Shown here piece after piece: positions 8,616 through 17,158 of a DNA stretch of 64,000 nucleotides. The stretch lies in assembly GCA_028291365.1 (NCBI GenBank), contig JAQGIE010000088.1:3000-66999 (forward strand), given 5' to 3'. Origin of the DNA: Rhodospirillales bacterium. GTDB taxonomy: Bacteria; Pseudomonadota; Alphaproteobacteria; BOG-932; Roseiterribacteraceae. Numbering within the stretch: position 1 is the first letter of the stretch; each line of letters starts with the position of its first letter. The notes under the pieces were generated by a model, which was not told the DNA's origin, did not search any database, and saw only the letters and a program-made list of their open reading frames with translations. The translations under genes and the position numbers were made by a program.

Positions 8616-10946
8616 GTGAAACGCCCGCCGCGCTCCGGCTTCGCGCTGGTCGCGACGCGCGAGTTGCGCTGGATCCTGCGCGATCGCGTGGCGCTGTTCC
8701 TGATGCTGGGCGTGCCGCTGATCGCCTTCACGGTGCTGGCGCTGACCTTCAGCAGTGCGGTCATCCGCGATCTCGGCGTCGCGGTGGTCGATGCCGACCG
8801 TTCGCCGACATCGGTCGCCTTCGCGCACGTGATGGATGCGGCGCCCGGGGTCGCGGTCAAGCAGCGCGTCGACGATCTCGCCGCCGCGATGCGCGCGATC
8901 CGTTCGGGCGACGCCGTCGCCGCCGCCTACATCCCCGAGAATTTCGAGCGCGACCTTGCCGCCGGCCGGCGGCCGCAGATTCCGCTGTTCTACAACACGC
9001 AGTTCATGACGCCGGGCAACGCCGCCTTGAAGGCGCTGAACGACGCGACGCAATTCGCCATCGCCGCCATCGCACCCCCTGCCGCCGACACGGCGAAGAC
9101 CGGCGGCAGCCTGCGCGTCGAGCAATATGTGCTGACCAACCCGGCCTTCAATTACGGCCAGTTCCTGCTGCGCGCCGTGCTGCCGATGGTGCTGCACGTG
9201 ATCGTTACGGTGTCGACCTGCTATGCGGTCGGTTCGGAATTCTCGCGCCGTTCGATGCGCGGCTGGCTGCGCGCCGCCGGCGGCAATCCGTTGGTGGCCT
9301 TCGCCGGCAAGCTGGCGCCGCTCTTCTGCATCTTCGTCACGCTGATGATCGTGCTGACGCTGATCCTGCACGTGGGCTACGGCCTGCCGTTCCAGGGCAG
9401 TTCGGTGCTGGTGACCGCCGCGGCATGCCTGCTGATCCTCGCCTATCAGGGGTTGGGCGCGCTGCTGCCGCTGCTGACGCGCAACCTGGCGCTGGGGCTC
9501 AGCCTGTGCGGACTGGTCGTGTCGCCGGCGTTCGGCTTCGCCGGCGTCGGATTTCCCCGCGTCGGCATGCTGGGATTCGCGCGCGGCTGGTCCGACGTGC
9601 TGCCGTTGCGCTGGTATCTCGAAGTGTTGTTCGACCAGGCGGCGCGGGGCGCACCGCTGCGGAGCTCGCTCGGCGCTTTCTTCGTGCTCGCCCTGCTCGC
9701 GATTCTGTTCGTCGGCCTGGCGCTGTGGCGGCTGCATGTGGTGGCGCGCAAACCCGCAGCGCGGCCGGCGCCGCCGGCGCCGCTCAAGCTGCAGCCGACC
9801 ACGCTGGTGGGCGCCTTTCGCGGCGAGCTCGCGCGCGTGATGGCCGATCGCAGCGTCAAAGGCGTGCTGGTCGCCGCACCGGTGATCTACGGCCTGTTCT
9901 ATCCGCAGCCTTATATCGGACAGACCTTGCGGCACGTGCCCATCGCGGTGGTCGATCACGACCGGACCGAACTCAGCCGCGAGCTGATCATGACGCTCGA
10001 TGCCGACAGCGCGCTGCGCGTCGCGGTGCGCGCCGATACGCTCGCCGAGGCGCAGCGGTCGATTTTCGAACGCCGGACGTTCGGCATTCTGCTGATCCCG
10101 GAAGGCACCACGCGCGACGTGCTGAAAGGCCAGCCGGCGAGGCTGCCGGCCTATGTCGATTCGGCGTATTTTCTCGTCTTCAACGCGACGCTGGGCGGCA
10201 TCGCCGAAGCGGCGGGCACCGTCAATCTGTCGCTCGCGACCAGCGACGCGCGCGCGACCGGCATCGTCGCATCGGGCCTGGCCGCTTCATCGCCAGCCAC
10301 CGTGCTGCCGGTGCCGTTGTTCAATCCCACCGGCGGCTATGCCAGCTACATCGTGCCCGCCGCCTTCATCCTGATCCTGCAGCAGACCTTGCTGATCGGC
10401 AGCGCGATGCTGGGCGGCGCCAGCTTCGAGCGCGGCGGGCGCGACAGCCAGATGGCGCGCGCCTCGGCGACCGGGCTGCTCGGCCATGCGCTGGCGCATC
10501 TCGTTCTCTATTTGCCCGCGCTGCTGCTCTATTTCTACCTGCTGCCGCATCTCTACGGGTTCGCAGCGGTGGGCGCGCCGCTCGACCTGCTCGTCTTCGC
10601 CGCCTGTTTCCTGTTCGCGACCAGCCTGCTCGGCCAGGCCGTCGGCCTGTGGTGCAAACATCCCGAGACCGCCGTCGTGCTCGTCATCGCGACGAGCCTG
10701 CCGCAATTCTTCCTGGTCGGACTCGCCTGGCCGGGCGAAGCGATTCCGTCGGCGCTGCGCGCCGCCGGCCGCCTCCTGCCGTCTGAATCGGCGATCGACG
10801 GGCTGGTGCGCATCAACCAGATGGGCGCCAGCCTGGGCGAAGTCGCCGGCGACTGGATCAACCTGCTGGCGCTTGGCGTGGTATATTTCGTTTTCGCGAT
10901 CGCAGGCGCGCGGCTGCGCCGCTGGAGATGGGCCCATGCGACCTAG
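8616..10946 (+). CDS. fused tandem ABC-2 type transporter permease (two YhhJ/YbhS-like halves in one polypeptide)
   Basis: 776-aa ORF with a GTG start after GGGAAAAGAGG. Each half has an N-terminal TM segment, a large periplasmic loop and a 5-TM ABC-2 membrane domain. The halves begin at ATRELRWILRDR... and at FRGELARVMADRS... No Walker A motif is present. Confidence 0.8.
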   Translation: MKRPPRSGFALVATRELRWILRDRVALFLMLGVPLIAFTVLALTFSSAVIRDLGVAVVDADRSPTSVAFAHVMDAAPGVAVKQRVDDLAAAMRAIRSGDAVAAAYIPENFERDLAAGRRPQIPLFYNTQFMTPGNAALKALNDATQFAIAAIAPPAADTAKTGGSLRVEQYVLTNPAFNYGQFLLRAVLPMVLHVIVTVSTCYAVGSEFSRRSMRGWLRAAGGNPLVAFAGKLAPLFCIFVTLMIVLTLILHVGYGLPFQGSSVLVTAAACLLILAYQGLGALLPLLTRNLALGLSLCGLVVSPAFGFAGVGFPRVGMLGFARGWSDVLPLRWYLEVLFDQAARGAPLRSSLGAFFVLALLAILFVGLALWRLHVVARKPAARPAPPAPLKLQPTTLVGAFRGELARVMADRSVKGVLVAAPVIYGLFYPQPYIGQTLRHVPIAVVDHDRTELSRELIMTLDADSALRVAVRADTLAEAQRSIFERRTFGILLIPEGTTRDVLKGQPARLPAYVDSAYFLVFNATLGGIAEAAGTVNLSLATSDARATGIVASGLAASSPATVLPVPLFNPTGGYASYIVPAAFILILQQTLLIGSAMLGGASFERGGRDSQMARASATGLLGHALAHLVLYLPALLLYFYLLPHLYGFAAVGAPLDLLVFAACFLFATSLLGQAVGLWCKHPETAVVLVIATSLPQFFLVGLAWPGEAIPSALRAAGRLLPSESAIDGLVRINQMGASLGEVAGDWINLLALGVVYFVFAIAGARLRRWRWAHAT

Positions 10947-11910
10947 ATTGCTTGCCATCGCCGCCATCGCCGCCATCGCCGTTGCGGCCGGCGTCGCAGC
11001 CGCGATCGTGCTGCGCGGCGACAACGGCCCGCGCGCGCCGATCGGCATGGCGCGTACGACCGAGATCAAGATCGCCCCCGAAGTCAGCGGCCGCGTCGCC
11101 GCCATCCCGCACAAGGAAGGCGACCGCGTCGCAGCGGGCACGGTGCTGGTCGAACTCGAAAGCCCCGAACTCACCGCCGCAGTGGCCGAGGCGCGGGCCA
11201 CGGTCGGGCAGGCGCAGGCGACGCGCGACAGGATCTATGCCGGTCCGCGTCGCGAACTGGTCGACATGGCGGCGCGTGAAGTCGAGAAGGCCAAGGCGAA
11301 CGTGACGCTCGCCGAACAGCAATTCACCCGCACCAGCGCGCTGGCCAGCAGCGCCACCGCGTCGGAACAGGCGCTCGACACGGCGCGCGCGGGCATCGCT
11401 TCGGCCCGCGCCGACCTGATCGCGGCGGAGGCGGCCCATCGCAAGGCGGCGCGCGGCCCGACGGCGGAAGAACGGGCACTCGCCGACCGCAAGGTCGCGC
11501 AGGCCGACGCGTCGCTCGCGGTCGCGCTGCGCCGGGCCGAGAAGCTGCGCGTGGTGGCGCCGGTCGACGGCACGATCGGGACGGTCGTCGCCGAACTCGG
11601 CGAAGCGACGGTGCCGCGACGCACCAGCCTGATCCTGGTCGCGTCGGACGCGCCGTGGTTCGCGTTCAACGTGCGCGAGGACGAGCTGGGCGGCATCGCC
11701 ATCGGCGCCCGCGTCGGGCTCGTCGCGGCGGGCGATGGCGAGGCGGTCGCCGCCACCGTCACCGAGATCCGGCGCCTCGGCGACTTTGCGACCTGGCGCG
11801 CCGCCCGCGCGGTCGGCGATTACGACCTGAACACGTTCTTCGTGCGCACCGATCCGGTGCAGCCCGGCACCGCGCTCGAGCCCGGCCGAACCGTGTGGAT
11901 CCGGCGATGA
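10936..11910 (+). CDS. second HlyD-family membrane fusion protein
   Basis: Internal ATG of ORF 10486..11910 (MRPRLLAIAAIAAIAVAAG...). It overlaps the permease stop codon by 11 nt. It has the lipoyl motif EVSGRVAAIPHKEGDRVAAGTVLVELE, a coiled-coil and VVAPVDGTIGTVVAELGE. Confidence 0.85.
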   Translation: MRPRLLAIAAIAAIAVAAGVAAAIVLRGDNGPRAPIGMARTTEIKIAPEVSGRVAAIPHKEGDRVAAGTVLVELESPELTAAVAEARATVGQAQATRDRIYAGPRRELVDMAAREVEKAKANVTLAEQQFTRTSALASSATASEQALDTARAGIASARADLIAAEAAHRKAARGPTAEERALADRKVAQADASLAVALRRAEKLRVVAPVDGTIGTVVAELGEATVPRRTSLILVASDAPWFAFNVREDELGGIAIGARVGLVAAGDGEAVAATVTEIRRLGDFATWRAARAVGDYDLNTFFVRTDPVQPGTALEPGRTVWIRR

Positions 11911-12407
11911 TCGACATTCCCTGGTCGCAGATCGCGGGTGCGGTGGCCGGCGGCGCGGTAGGCGGTTTTTCCGGCTTCATCGCCAGCTCGGTGCAGCAGC
12001 GCAGCATGCTGCGCCGGGCCCGGCGCAATGTCGCCTCGGCTCTGGCCGGCGAACTCGAAGCGCTGCGCATCTCGCTGATGCGTCTCAACACGGTCGAGGC
12101 CGACACCAGCATGGCGGTCGATGGTTTCTACCGCCACTTCCGGGCCGAGCGCGATTACAGCCCGATTTTCCGCTCGCTCGGCAGTTCGATCGGGCTGCTC
12201 GACAGTCCGCTGCCGCGCGACCTGGCGCATTGGTATACCGGTCTCGCCGTCACGCTCGAACGCGCGCGCGAGATGTACGGGCTCACCTCGCGCAACGACG
12301 AGCGCGCCGAGAAGGACTGGCAGGTCGTCGCCCAGTTGCAGCGCGAGGGGGTGAGGGAGCTGGTGCGCGACGCCGACGATCTGATCGGCCGGCTGACGCT
12401 GTTGTAA
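11907..12407 (+). CDS. hypothetical small membrane-anchored protein (166 aa)
   Basis: Its ATG overlaps the HlyD stop as ATGA. It has an N-terminal Gly-rich hydrophobic segment (IAGAVAGGAVGGFSGFIASS) followed by a helical soluble part. Third-position GC is high. I recognise no family. Confidence 0.55.
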   Translation: MIDIPWSQIAGAVAGGAVGGFSGFIASSVQQRSMLRRARRNVASALAGELEALRISLMRLNTVEADTSMAVDGFYRHFRAERDYSPIFRSLGSSIGLLDSPLPRDLAHWYTGLAVTLERAREMYGLTSRNDERAEKDWQVVAQLQREGVRELVRDADDLIGRLTLL

Positions 12408-12483
12408 GGCCCGGCAAGCGGCCGGACCCCAGCTCCAACCTGGCCGAGGTCGCCCCGCATCCGGATGCGGCACGATCACATGG

Positions 12484-12590
12484 CGATGCCGCCGCAGCTG
12501 GAACAGGCGGTGCAGTTCAGGATGTTCACGGTCAAGGCGGCGGCCGGCTCGACCGGCCGGTCGACCTGGCCAAGGTGCAGTTGCGACGCT
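12484..12590 (+). pseudogene. decayed fragment homologous to the last ~40 codons of poxB
   Basis: The stretch cgatgccgccgcag...caggcgg.gca.ttc.g.atgttca.ggtcaaggcgg...ctcgacc.g..ggtcgacct.gccaaggtgcag.tgcg aligns with poxB 6517-6634. It encodes AMPPQ.LEQA..F.MF.VKA in one frame and [14 protein letters not shown] in another, so it is indel-disrupted. Confidence 0.6.
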
Positions 12591-12647
12591 CTCGCACTCG
12601 GTCTGCGCGCGGCCTGCGAACCGGCACGACAGCGAAACGGGAAGACG

Positions 12648-13559
12648 ATGGGCGGCATCTCGGCGCGAAACCGGCACATGCAGCATTTCCGCGTCGACGA
12701 CACGCGGACGATCGTCACGACCCAGCTCGGCGGCGGCGGGTCGGTCGGGATTTCACGCGTGCGTTGCGACTTCGACGGGCTCGGCATGGTGGCCGACCAC
12801 GAGCTCGAAGAAGCCTTTCTCATCAGCCTGCAGTTGCAACGCATGCAGGCGGAGCTGTGGCTCGACGGACGTCACGTGCCGGTGCCCGGCCGCAGCGACG
12901 GACGGACCACCATCCACGATCTGCGCTGGCGCTGGCACGCCGACTTCCACACCAGGTTCGACTCGGTGAATTTTCATGTGCCGCGGATCGTGTTCGAAGG
13001 CCTGGCGCCCGATCCGCGCGGCCGGGAAGTGACCCGGCTCAACGCGACGCCAGGCGACTGTATCGACGACGACGTGGTGCGCGGTCTCGCCCTCGCGCTG
13101 CTGTCGGCGCTGGCCGCGCCCGAGCAGGCCAATGCCTTGTTCGTCGACCATGTCGGCTGCGCGCTCGCCGCGCATATCGCCGACGCCTATGGCGAAGCGC
13201 TGCGCACCGTCGTGCCGGGGAAAGGGAGGCTCGCCGGATGGCAGGAACGGCGCGCCAAGGAAATGATCGACGCCAACCTGAATGGTGACATCCGGCTCGA
13301 GGCGCTGGCCGCCGCATGCCGCCTGTCGGTGGGGCATTTCGCCCGCGCTTTTCGCAAGACCACCGGCCTGCCGCCGCATCGCTGGTTGATGCGGCGCCGC
13401 ATCGAACGCGCCAAGGATCTACTGCAACGGACGCGGCTTTCGATCGCCGACGTGGCGTTGCAATGCGGCTTCAGCGACCAGAGTCACCTGACGCGTGTGT
13501 TCGAACGCATGGCCGGCACCACGCCGGCGGTGTGGCGGCGCGAATACCGCCCATTCTGA
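12648..13559 (+). CDS. AraC-family transcriptional regulator
   Basis: Internal ATG after GGGAAG in ORF 12465..13559. It has the C-terminal double HTH: LEALAAACRLSVGHFARAFRKTTGLPPHRWLMRRRIERAKDLL...IADVALQCGFSDQSHLTRVFERMAGTTP. Confidence 0.85.
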   Translation: MGGISARNRHMQHFRVDDTRTIVTTQLGGGGSVGISRVRCDFDGLGMVADHELEEAFLISLQLQRMQAELWLDGRHVPVPGRSDGRTTIHDLRWRWHADFHTRFDSVNFHVPRIVFEGLAPDPRGREVTRLNATPGDCIDDDVVRGLALALLSALAAPEQANALFVDHVGCALAAHIADAYGEALRTVVPGKGRLAGWQERRAKEMIDANLNGDIRLEALAAACRLSVGHFARAFRKTTGLPPHRWLMRRRIERAKDLLQRTRLSIADVALQCGFSDQSHLTRVFERMAGTTPAVWRREYRPF

Positions 13560-13690
13560 CGCGCGCCCGTCGCGGCCGGCGGGTTCGCCCGGTGCAAAAC
13601 ATGTTCGTTTCGTCCAAGCCTGTGCGCACCGCCTGAGTCATTCCTGCGGCTGCGAATTCAATCCCGCCACGCCAATCGGAGCCTGAAGCC

Positions 13691-14359
13691 ATGTCCATCG
13701 TCGCCACCCCCACGCCCGGCCCGACGCTGCTCAGCCCGAAGGACCACACGCTGATCCTGATCGACTACCAGTCGCAGATGGCGTTCGGGACCCACTCGAT
13801 CGATATGACGGCGCTTCGCACCAACGTCGCGCTGGTGGCGCATGCGGCGGCCGGATTCGGCGTCTCGACCATTCTCACCACGGTCGCGGCGAAAACCTTC
13901 TCGGGCCCGATCTTCAGCGAACTCACCGACGCCTTTCCCGGCGCCGAGGTCACCGACCGCACCTCGATGAACACCTGGGAAGACGCGAACGTGATCAAGC
14001 GCGTCAACGCCATCGGCAAGGACCGGCTGGTGATCGGCGGGCTGTGGACCTCGGTCTGCATCGTCGGCCCGACCCTGTCGGCGCTCGACCAGGGATTCGA
14101 GGTCTATGTCATCGCCGACATTTGCGGCGACGTGAGCGGCGAAGCGCATGAACGCGCCATGCAGCGCATGCAGCAGGCGGGCGTGCGGCCGATGACGGCG
14201 CTGCAATACATGCTCGAACTACAGCGCGACTGGAGTCGCATCGAGACCTACGGCGTGACCACCGGCATCGCCGAGAAATTCGGCGGCGCCTACGGACTCG
14301 GCATCACCTACGCCAAGACGATGTTCGGCGGCGCGGAACACCACGCCGCCGCGGCGTGA
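13691..14359 (+). CDS. isochorismatase-family cysteine hydrolase (YcaC-like)
   Basis: The 222-aa ORF has LILIDYQ, VIGGLWTSVCIVGPTLSALDQGFEVYVIADICGD (catalytic Cys context) and a YcaC-type C-terminal extension. Confidence 0.85.
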   Translation: MSIVATPTPGPTLLSPKDHTLILIDYQSQMAFGTHSIDMTALRTNVALVAHAAAGFGVSTILTTVAAKTFSGPIFSELTDAFPGAEVTDRTSMNTWEDANVIKRVNAIGKDRLVIGGLWTSVCIVGPTLSALDQGFEVYVIADICGDVSGEAHERAMQRMQQAGVRPMTALQYMLELQRDWSRIETYGVTTGIAEKFGGAYGLGITYAKTMFGGAEHHAAAA

Positions 14360-14434
14360 GCTTCATCGTTCCTGCTTTGACGGCTCTGCCGGCACTGCGT
14401 TCCGCAGGGACGACGGATCATTTGTGAGGACTCG

Positions 14435-14689
14435 ATGAAACCCTACCTGCTCTCCATCGGCGTCGGCGTGGCGGTCGGCGTGTTGTATGCGCTGCTCGGC
14501 GTGCGGTCGCCGGCGCCGCCGTCGATCGCGTTGCTCGGGCTGCTCGGCATGTTGCTGGGCGAACAGCTCGTGCCGGTCGCGCAGCGCCTCATCAGCGGGC
14601 AGCCGGTCGTCGCCTATGTCAAAACCGATTGCGCCGCGCACGTGCTGGGTCCGCAGGCGGCGCCCTGCCCGCCCGACACCCAGCGATGA
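14435..14689 (+). CDS. XapX-domain (DUF1427) small membrane protein
   Basis: The 84-aa ORF starts MKPYLLSIGVGVAVGVLYALLGVRSPAPPSIALLGLLGMLLGEQ, which is typical of XapX-like proteins. These commonly sit beside isochorismatase-family genes. Confidence 0.7.
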   Translation: MKPYLLSIGVGVAVGVLYALLGVRSPAPPSIALLGLLGMLLGEQLVPVAQRLISGQPVVAYVKTDCAAHVLGPQAAPCPPDTQR

Positions 14690-16635
14690 TCGATGTCGGC
14701 CGCCGCACCACGCTTGCGGGCGGCCTCGCCAGCGCGCTCTTGCCCGGTCCACTGTCCGCAGCCACGAGAAGCAGCATGAATTCGACCGATGTGATCCTCG
14801 TCAATGCCAAGGTCACGACGCTCGACCCGGCCAATCCGCAGGCGCAAGCGGTCGCGATCCGCGGCGGAAAATTTCTCGCGGTCGGAAGCGAAGCCGAGGT
14901 GCGCGCCGCGGCGTCGCCCGATGCGACGATCATCGACGCGGGCAAGCGGCGCCTGATTCCCGGTCTCGTCGACAGCCATATCCACGTCATTCGCGGCGGG
15001 CTCAACTACAATATGGAGCTGCGCTGGGACGGCGTGCCGACGCTGGCCGACGCGATGGCGATGCTGAAAGCGCAGGTGGCGCGTACGCCGGCGCCGCAAT
15101 GGGTGCGCGTGGTCGGCGGCTTTACCGAACATCAATTCGCCGAAAAACGCCTGCCGACGCTGGCCGAGATCAACACGGTCGCGCCCGACACGCCGGTCTT
15201 CATCCTGCATCTCTACGATCGCGCGCTGCTCAACGGCGCCGCGTTGCGCGCGGTCGGGTATGGCAAGGACACGCAAAACCCGCCCGGCGGCGAGATCGTG
15301 CGCGACGGTGCCCGCAATCCGACCGGCCTGCTGCTGGCGCAGCCCAACGCGTCGATCCTCTACGCGACCCTGGCCAAGGGACCGAAGCTGCCGCCCGAGG
15401 TTCAGCTCAACTCGACCCGGCATTTCATGCGCGAACTGAACGGGCTCGGCGTCACCGCGGTGATCGATGCGGGCGGCGGCTTTCAGAATTATCCCGACGA
15501 CTACGCCATCATCGAGAAGCTGCATGCGGACGGCGAGCTGACCGTGCGCATCGCCTACAATCTCTTCACGCAGAAGCCGAAAGAAGAGCTGCAGGATTTC
15601 GTATCTTGGTCGGACCGGGTCAAACCCGGTCAAGGCGATGACAGCTACCGGCTCAACGGCGCCGGCGAGATGCTGGTCTATTCGGCCGCCGATTTCGAAG
15701 ATTTCCGCGTCGCGCGGCCCGAAATGCCGCCCAACATGGAAAGCGATCTCGAACCGGTGATCCGGCTGCTCGCCGAACGGCGCTGGCCATGGCGGCTGCA
15801 CGCGACCTATGACGAGACCATCGGCCGTGCGCTCGACGTGTTCGAGAAGGTCCATCGCGACGTGCCGCTGACCGGACTCAACTGGTTCTTCGACCACGCC
15901 GAAACGATCACCCCGCGCAACATCGATCGCATTGCCGCGCTGGGCGGCGGCATCGCCGTGCAGCACCGTATGACCTATCAGGGCGAGTATTTCGTCGATC
16001 GCTACGGCGCCAAGGCGGCCGAAACCACACCGCCGATCGCGCGCATGCTCGCGGCCGGCATTCCGGTCGGCGCCGGGACCGATGCGACGCGCGTCGCCAG
16101 CTACAATCCGTGGGTGTCGCTTGCCTGGCTGGTGACCGGCAAGACGGTCGGGGGCATGCGCCTCTATCCCGTCGCCAACCGGCTCGACCGTGAAACGGCG
16201 CTGCGGCTGTGGACCGAAGCCAACAGCTGGTTCTCGAACGAGACCGGCAAGAAGGGCCAGATCAAAGCGGGCCAGCTCGCCGATCTGGTGCTGCTGAGCG
16301 ACGATTATCTCACCGTTGCCGAAGACGACATCGCGCAGATCCGCTCGGTGCTGACCGTGCTCGGCGGCAACATCGTACATGGCGACGCCGAACATCGCGA
16401 CCTGGCGCCGCCGCTGCCGAAAGCGATGCCCGACTGGTCGCCGGTCGCGACCTTCGGCGGCTATCACGATGCGCGCGCCCAACCGGCGCAACGCCGTGCC
16501 GAAGCCGCGTGCGGCTGCAGCGCGTCGTGCAACGTGCACGGCCACGATCATGCATCGGCCTATATGCGCGACGTGCCGGCCGCCGACGCGCGCAGCTTCT
16601 GGGGCGCGTTCGGTTGCGGCTGCTGGGCGGTATGA
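14686..16635 (+). CDS. amidohydrolase-family metallohydrolase (Amidohydro_3 / YtcJ-like), probable Tat signal
   Basis: Its ATG overlaps the XapX stop as ATGA. The N-terminus MIDVGRRTTLAGGLASALLPGPLSAA looks like a twin-arginine signal. It has the HxH metal motif GLVDSHIHVIRGG and is about 650 aa long, which suits this family. Confidence 0.85.
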   Translation: MIDVGRRTTLAGGLASALLPGPLSAATRSSMNSTDVILVNAKVTTLDPANPQAQAVAIRGGKFLAVGSEAEVRAAASPDATIIDAGKRRLIPGLVDSHIHVIRGGLNYNMELRWDGVPTLADAMAMLKAQVARTPAPQWVRVVGGFTEHQFAEKRLPTLAEINTVAPDTPVFILHLYDRALLNGAALRAVGYGKDTQNPPGGEIVRDGARNPTGLLLAQPNASILYATLAKGPKLPPEVQLNSTRHFMRELNGLGVTAVIDAGGGFQNYPDDYAIIEKLHADGELTVRIAYNLFTQKPKEELQDFVSWSDRVKPGQGDDSYRLNGAGEMLVYSAADFEDFRVARPEMPPNMESDLEPVIRLLAERRWPWRLHATYDETIGRALDVFEKVHRDVPLTGLNWFFDHAETITPRNIDRIAALGGGIAVQHRMTYQGEYFVDRYGAKAAETTPPIARMLAAGIPVGAGTDATRVASYNPWVSLAWLVTGKTVGGMRLYPVANRLDRETALRLWTEANSWFSNETGKKGQIKAGQLADLVLLSDDYLTVAEDDIAQIRSVLTVLGGNIVHGDAEHRDLAPPLPKAMPDWSPVATFGGYHDARAQPAQRRAEAACGCSASCNVHGHDHASAYMRDVPAADARSFWGAFGCGCWAV

Positions 16636-16636
16636 C

Positions 16637-17080
16637 ATGACACCGCGTCCCATCGACCTGCTGCTCAGCGAACGCTGGTTCGCCACCGCGGCCTGCGTGC
16701 TGCTGACCGTGCCCTACTGGTCGAGCGGCCTGGCCAAGCTCGCCGATCTCGACGGCGCACTGGGCGAGGCGCGCAATTTCGGACTCGAGCCGGCCTGGCT
16801 CGTCGTCTTCGCCACCGTGCTGGTGCAGCTCGGCGGTTCGCTGCTGCTGATCACCGGCCGTGCGGCGTGGCTGGGGGCCGGCGCGCTCGGCGTGTTTACC
16901 GCCGTTGCGACCCTGATCGCGCATCCGTTCTGGACCGTCGCCGATGCCATGGAGCGCTTCCATGCGCGCAATACGTTCCTCGAACATGCCGGGCTGATCG
17001 GCGGACTCGCGCTGGCCGCGGTGCTGGCCGAGCGCGAACGCGCTTCCCGCGTCTCGCGCGAGCGCGTGGTCCGCGCCTGA
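16637..17080 (+). CDS. DoxX-family membrane protein
   Basis: The ATG lies 2 nt after the amidohydrolase stop. The 147-aa protein has four hydrophobic helices, including LVQLGGSLLLITGRAAWLGAGALGVFTAVATLIAHPFW. Confidence 0.75.
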   Translation: MTPRPIDLLLSERWFATAACVLLTVPYWSSGLAKLADLDGALGEARNFGLEPAWLVVFATVLVQLGGSLLLITGRAAWLGAGALGVFTAVATLIAHPFWTVADAMERFHARNTFLEHAGLIGGLALAAVLAERERASRVSRERVVRA

Positions 17081-17158
17081 GCGACGAAAAATCGCTGGCG
17101 CCGCTGCAGACGTTCGTCGCTGACGCGGCGCCGCGCGACATCGGAATCGAGGGAGCCA

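Noticed and set aside
10954-10980. 9-bp tandem repeat GCCATCGCC x3 (and the GCN-ACN x4 tract at 43020-43043) as variable repeats
   Set aside because: These are short in-frame Ala/Ile or Ala/Thr codon repeats within a membrane anchor and a linker. They are most simply low-complexity coding sequence. Noted but not considered significant.
6639-12483. Calling the block between poxB and its 3' relic a mobile genetic element
   Set aside because: No integrase, transposase, conjugation or phage gene is present. I saw no clean direct repeats beyond the diverged poxB homology. It is kept only as a hypothesis in the findings.
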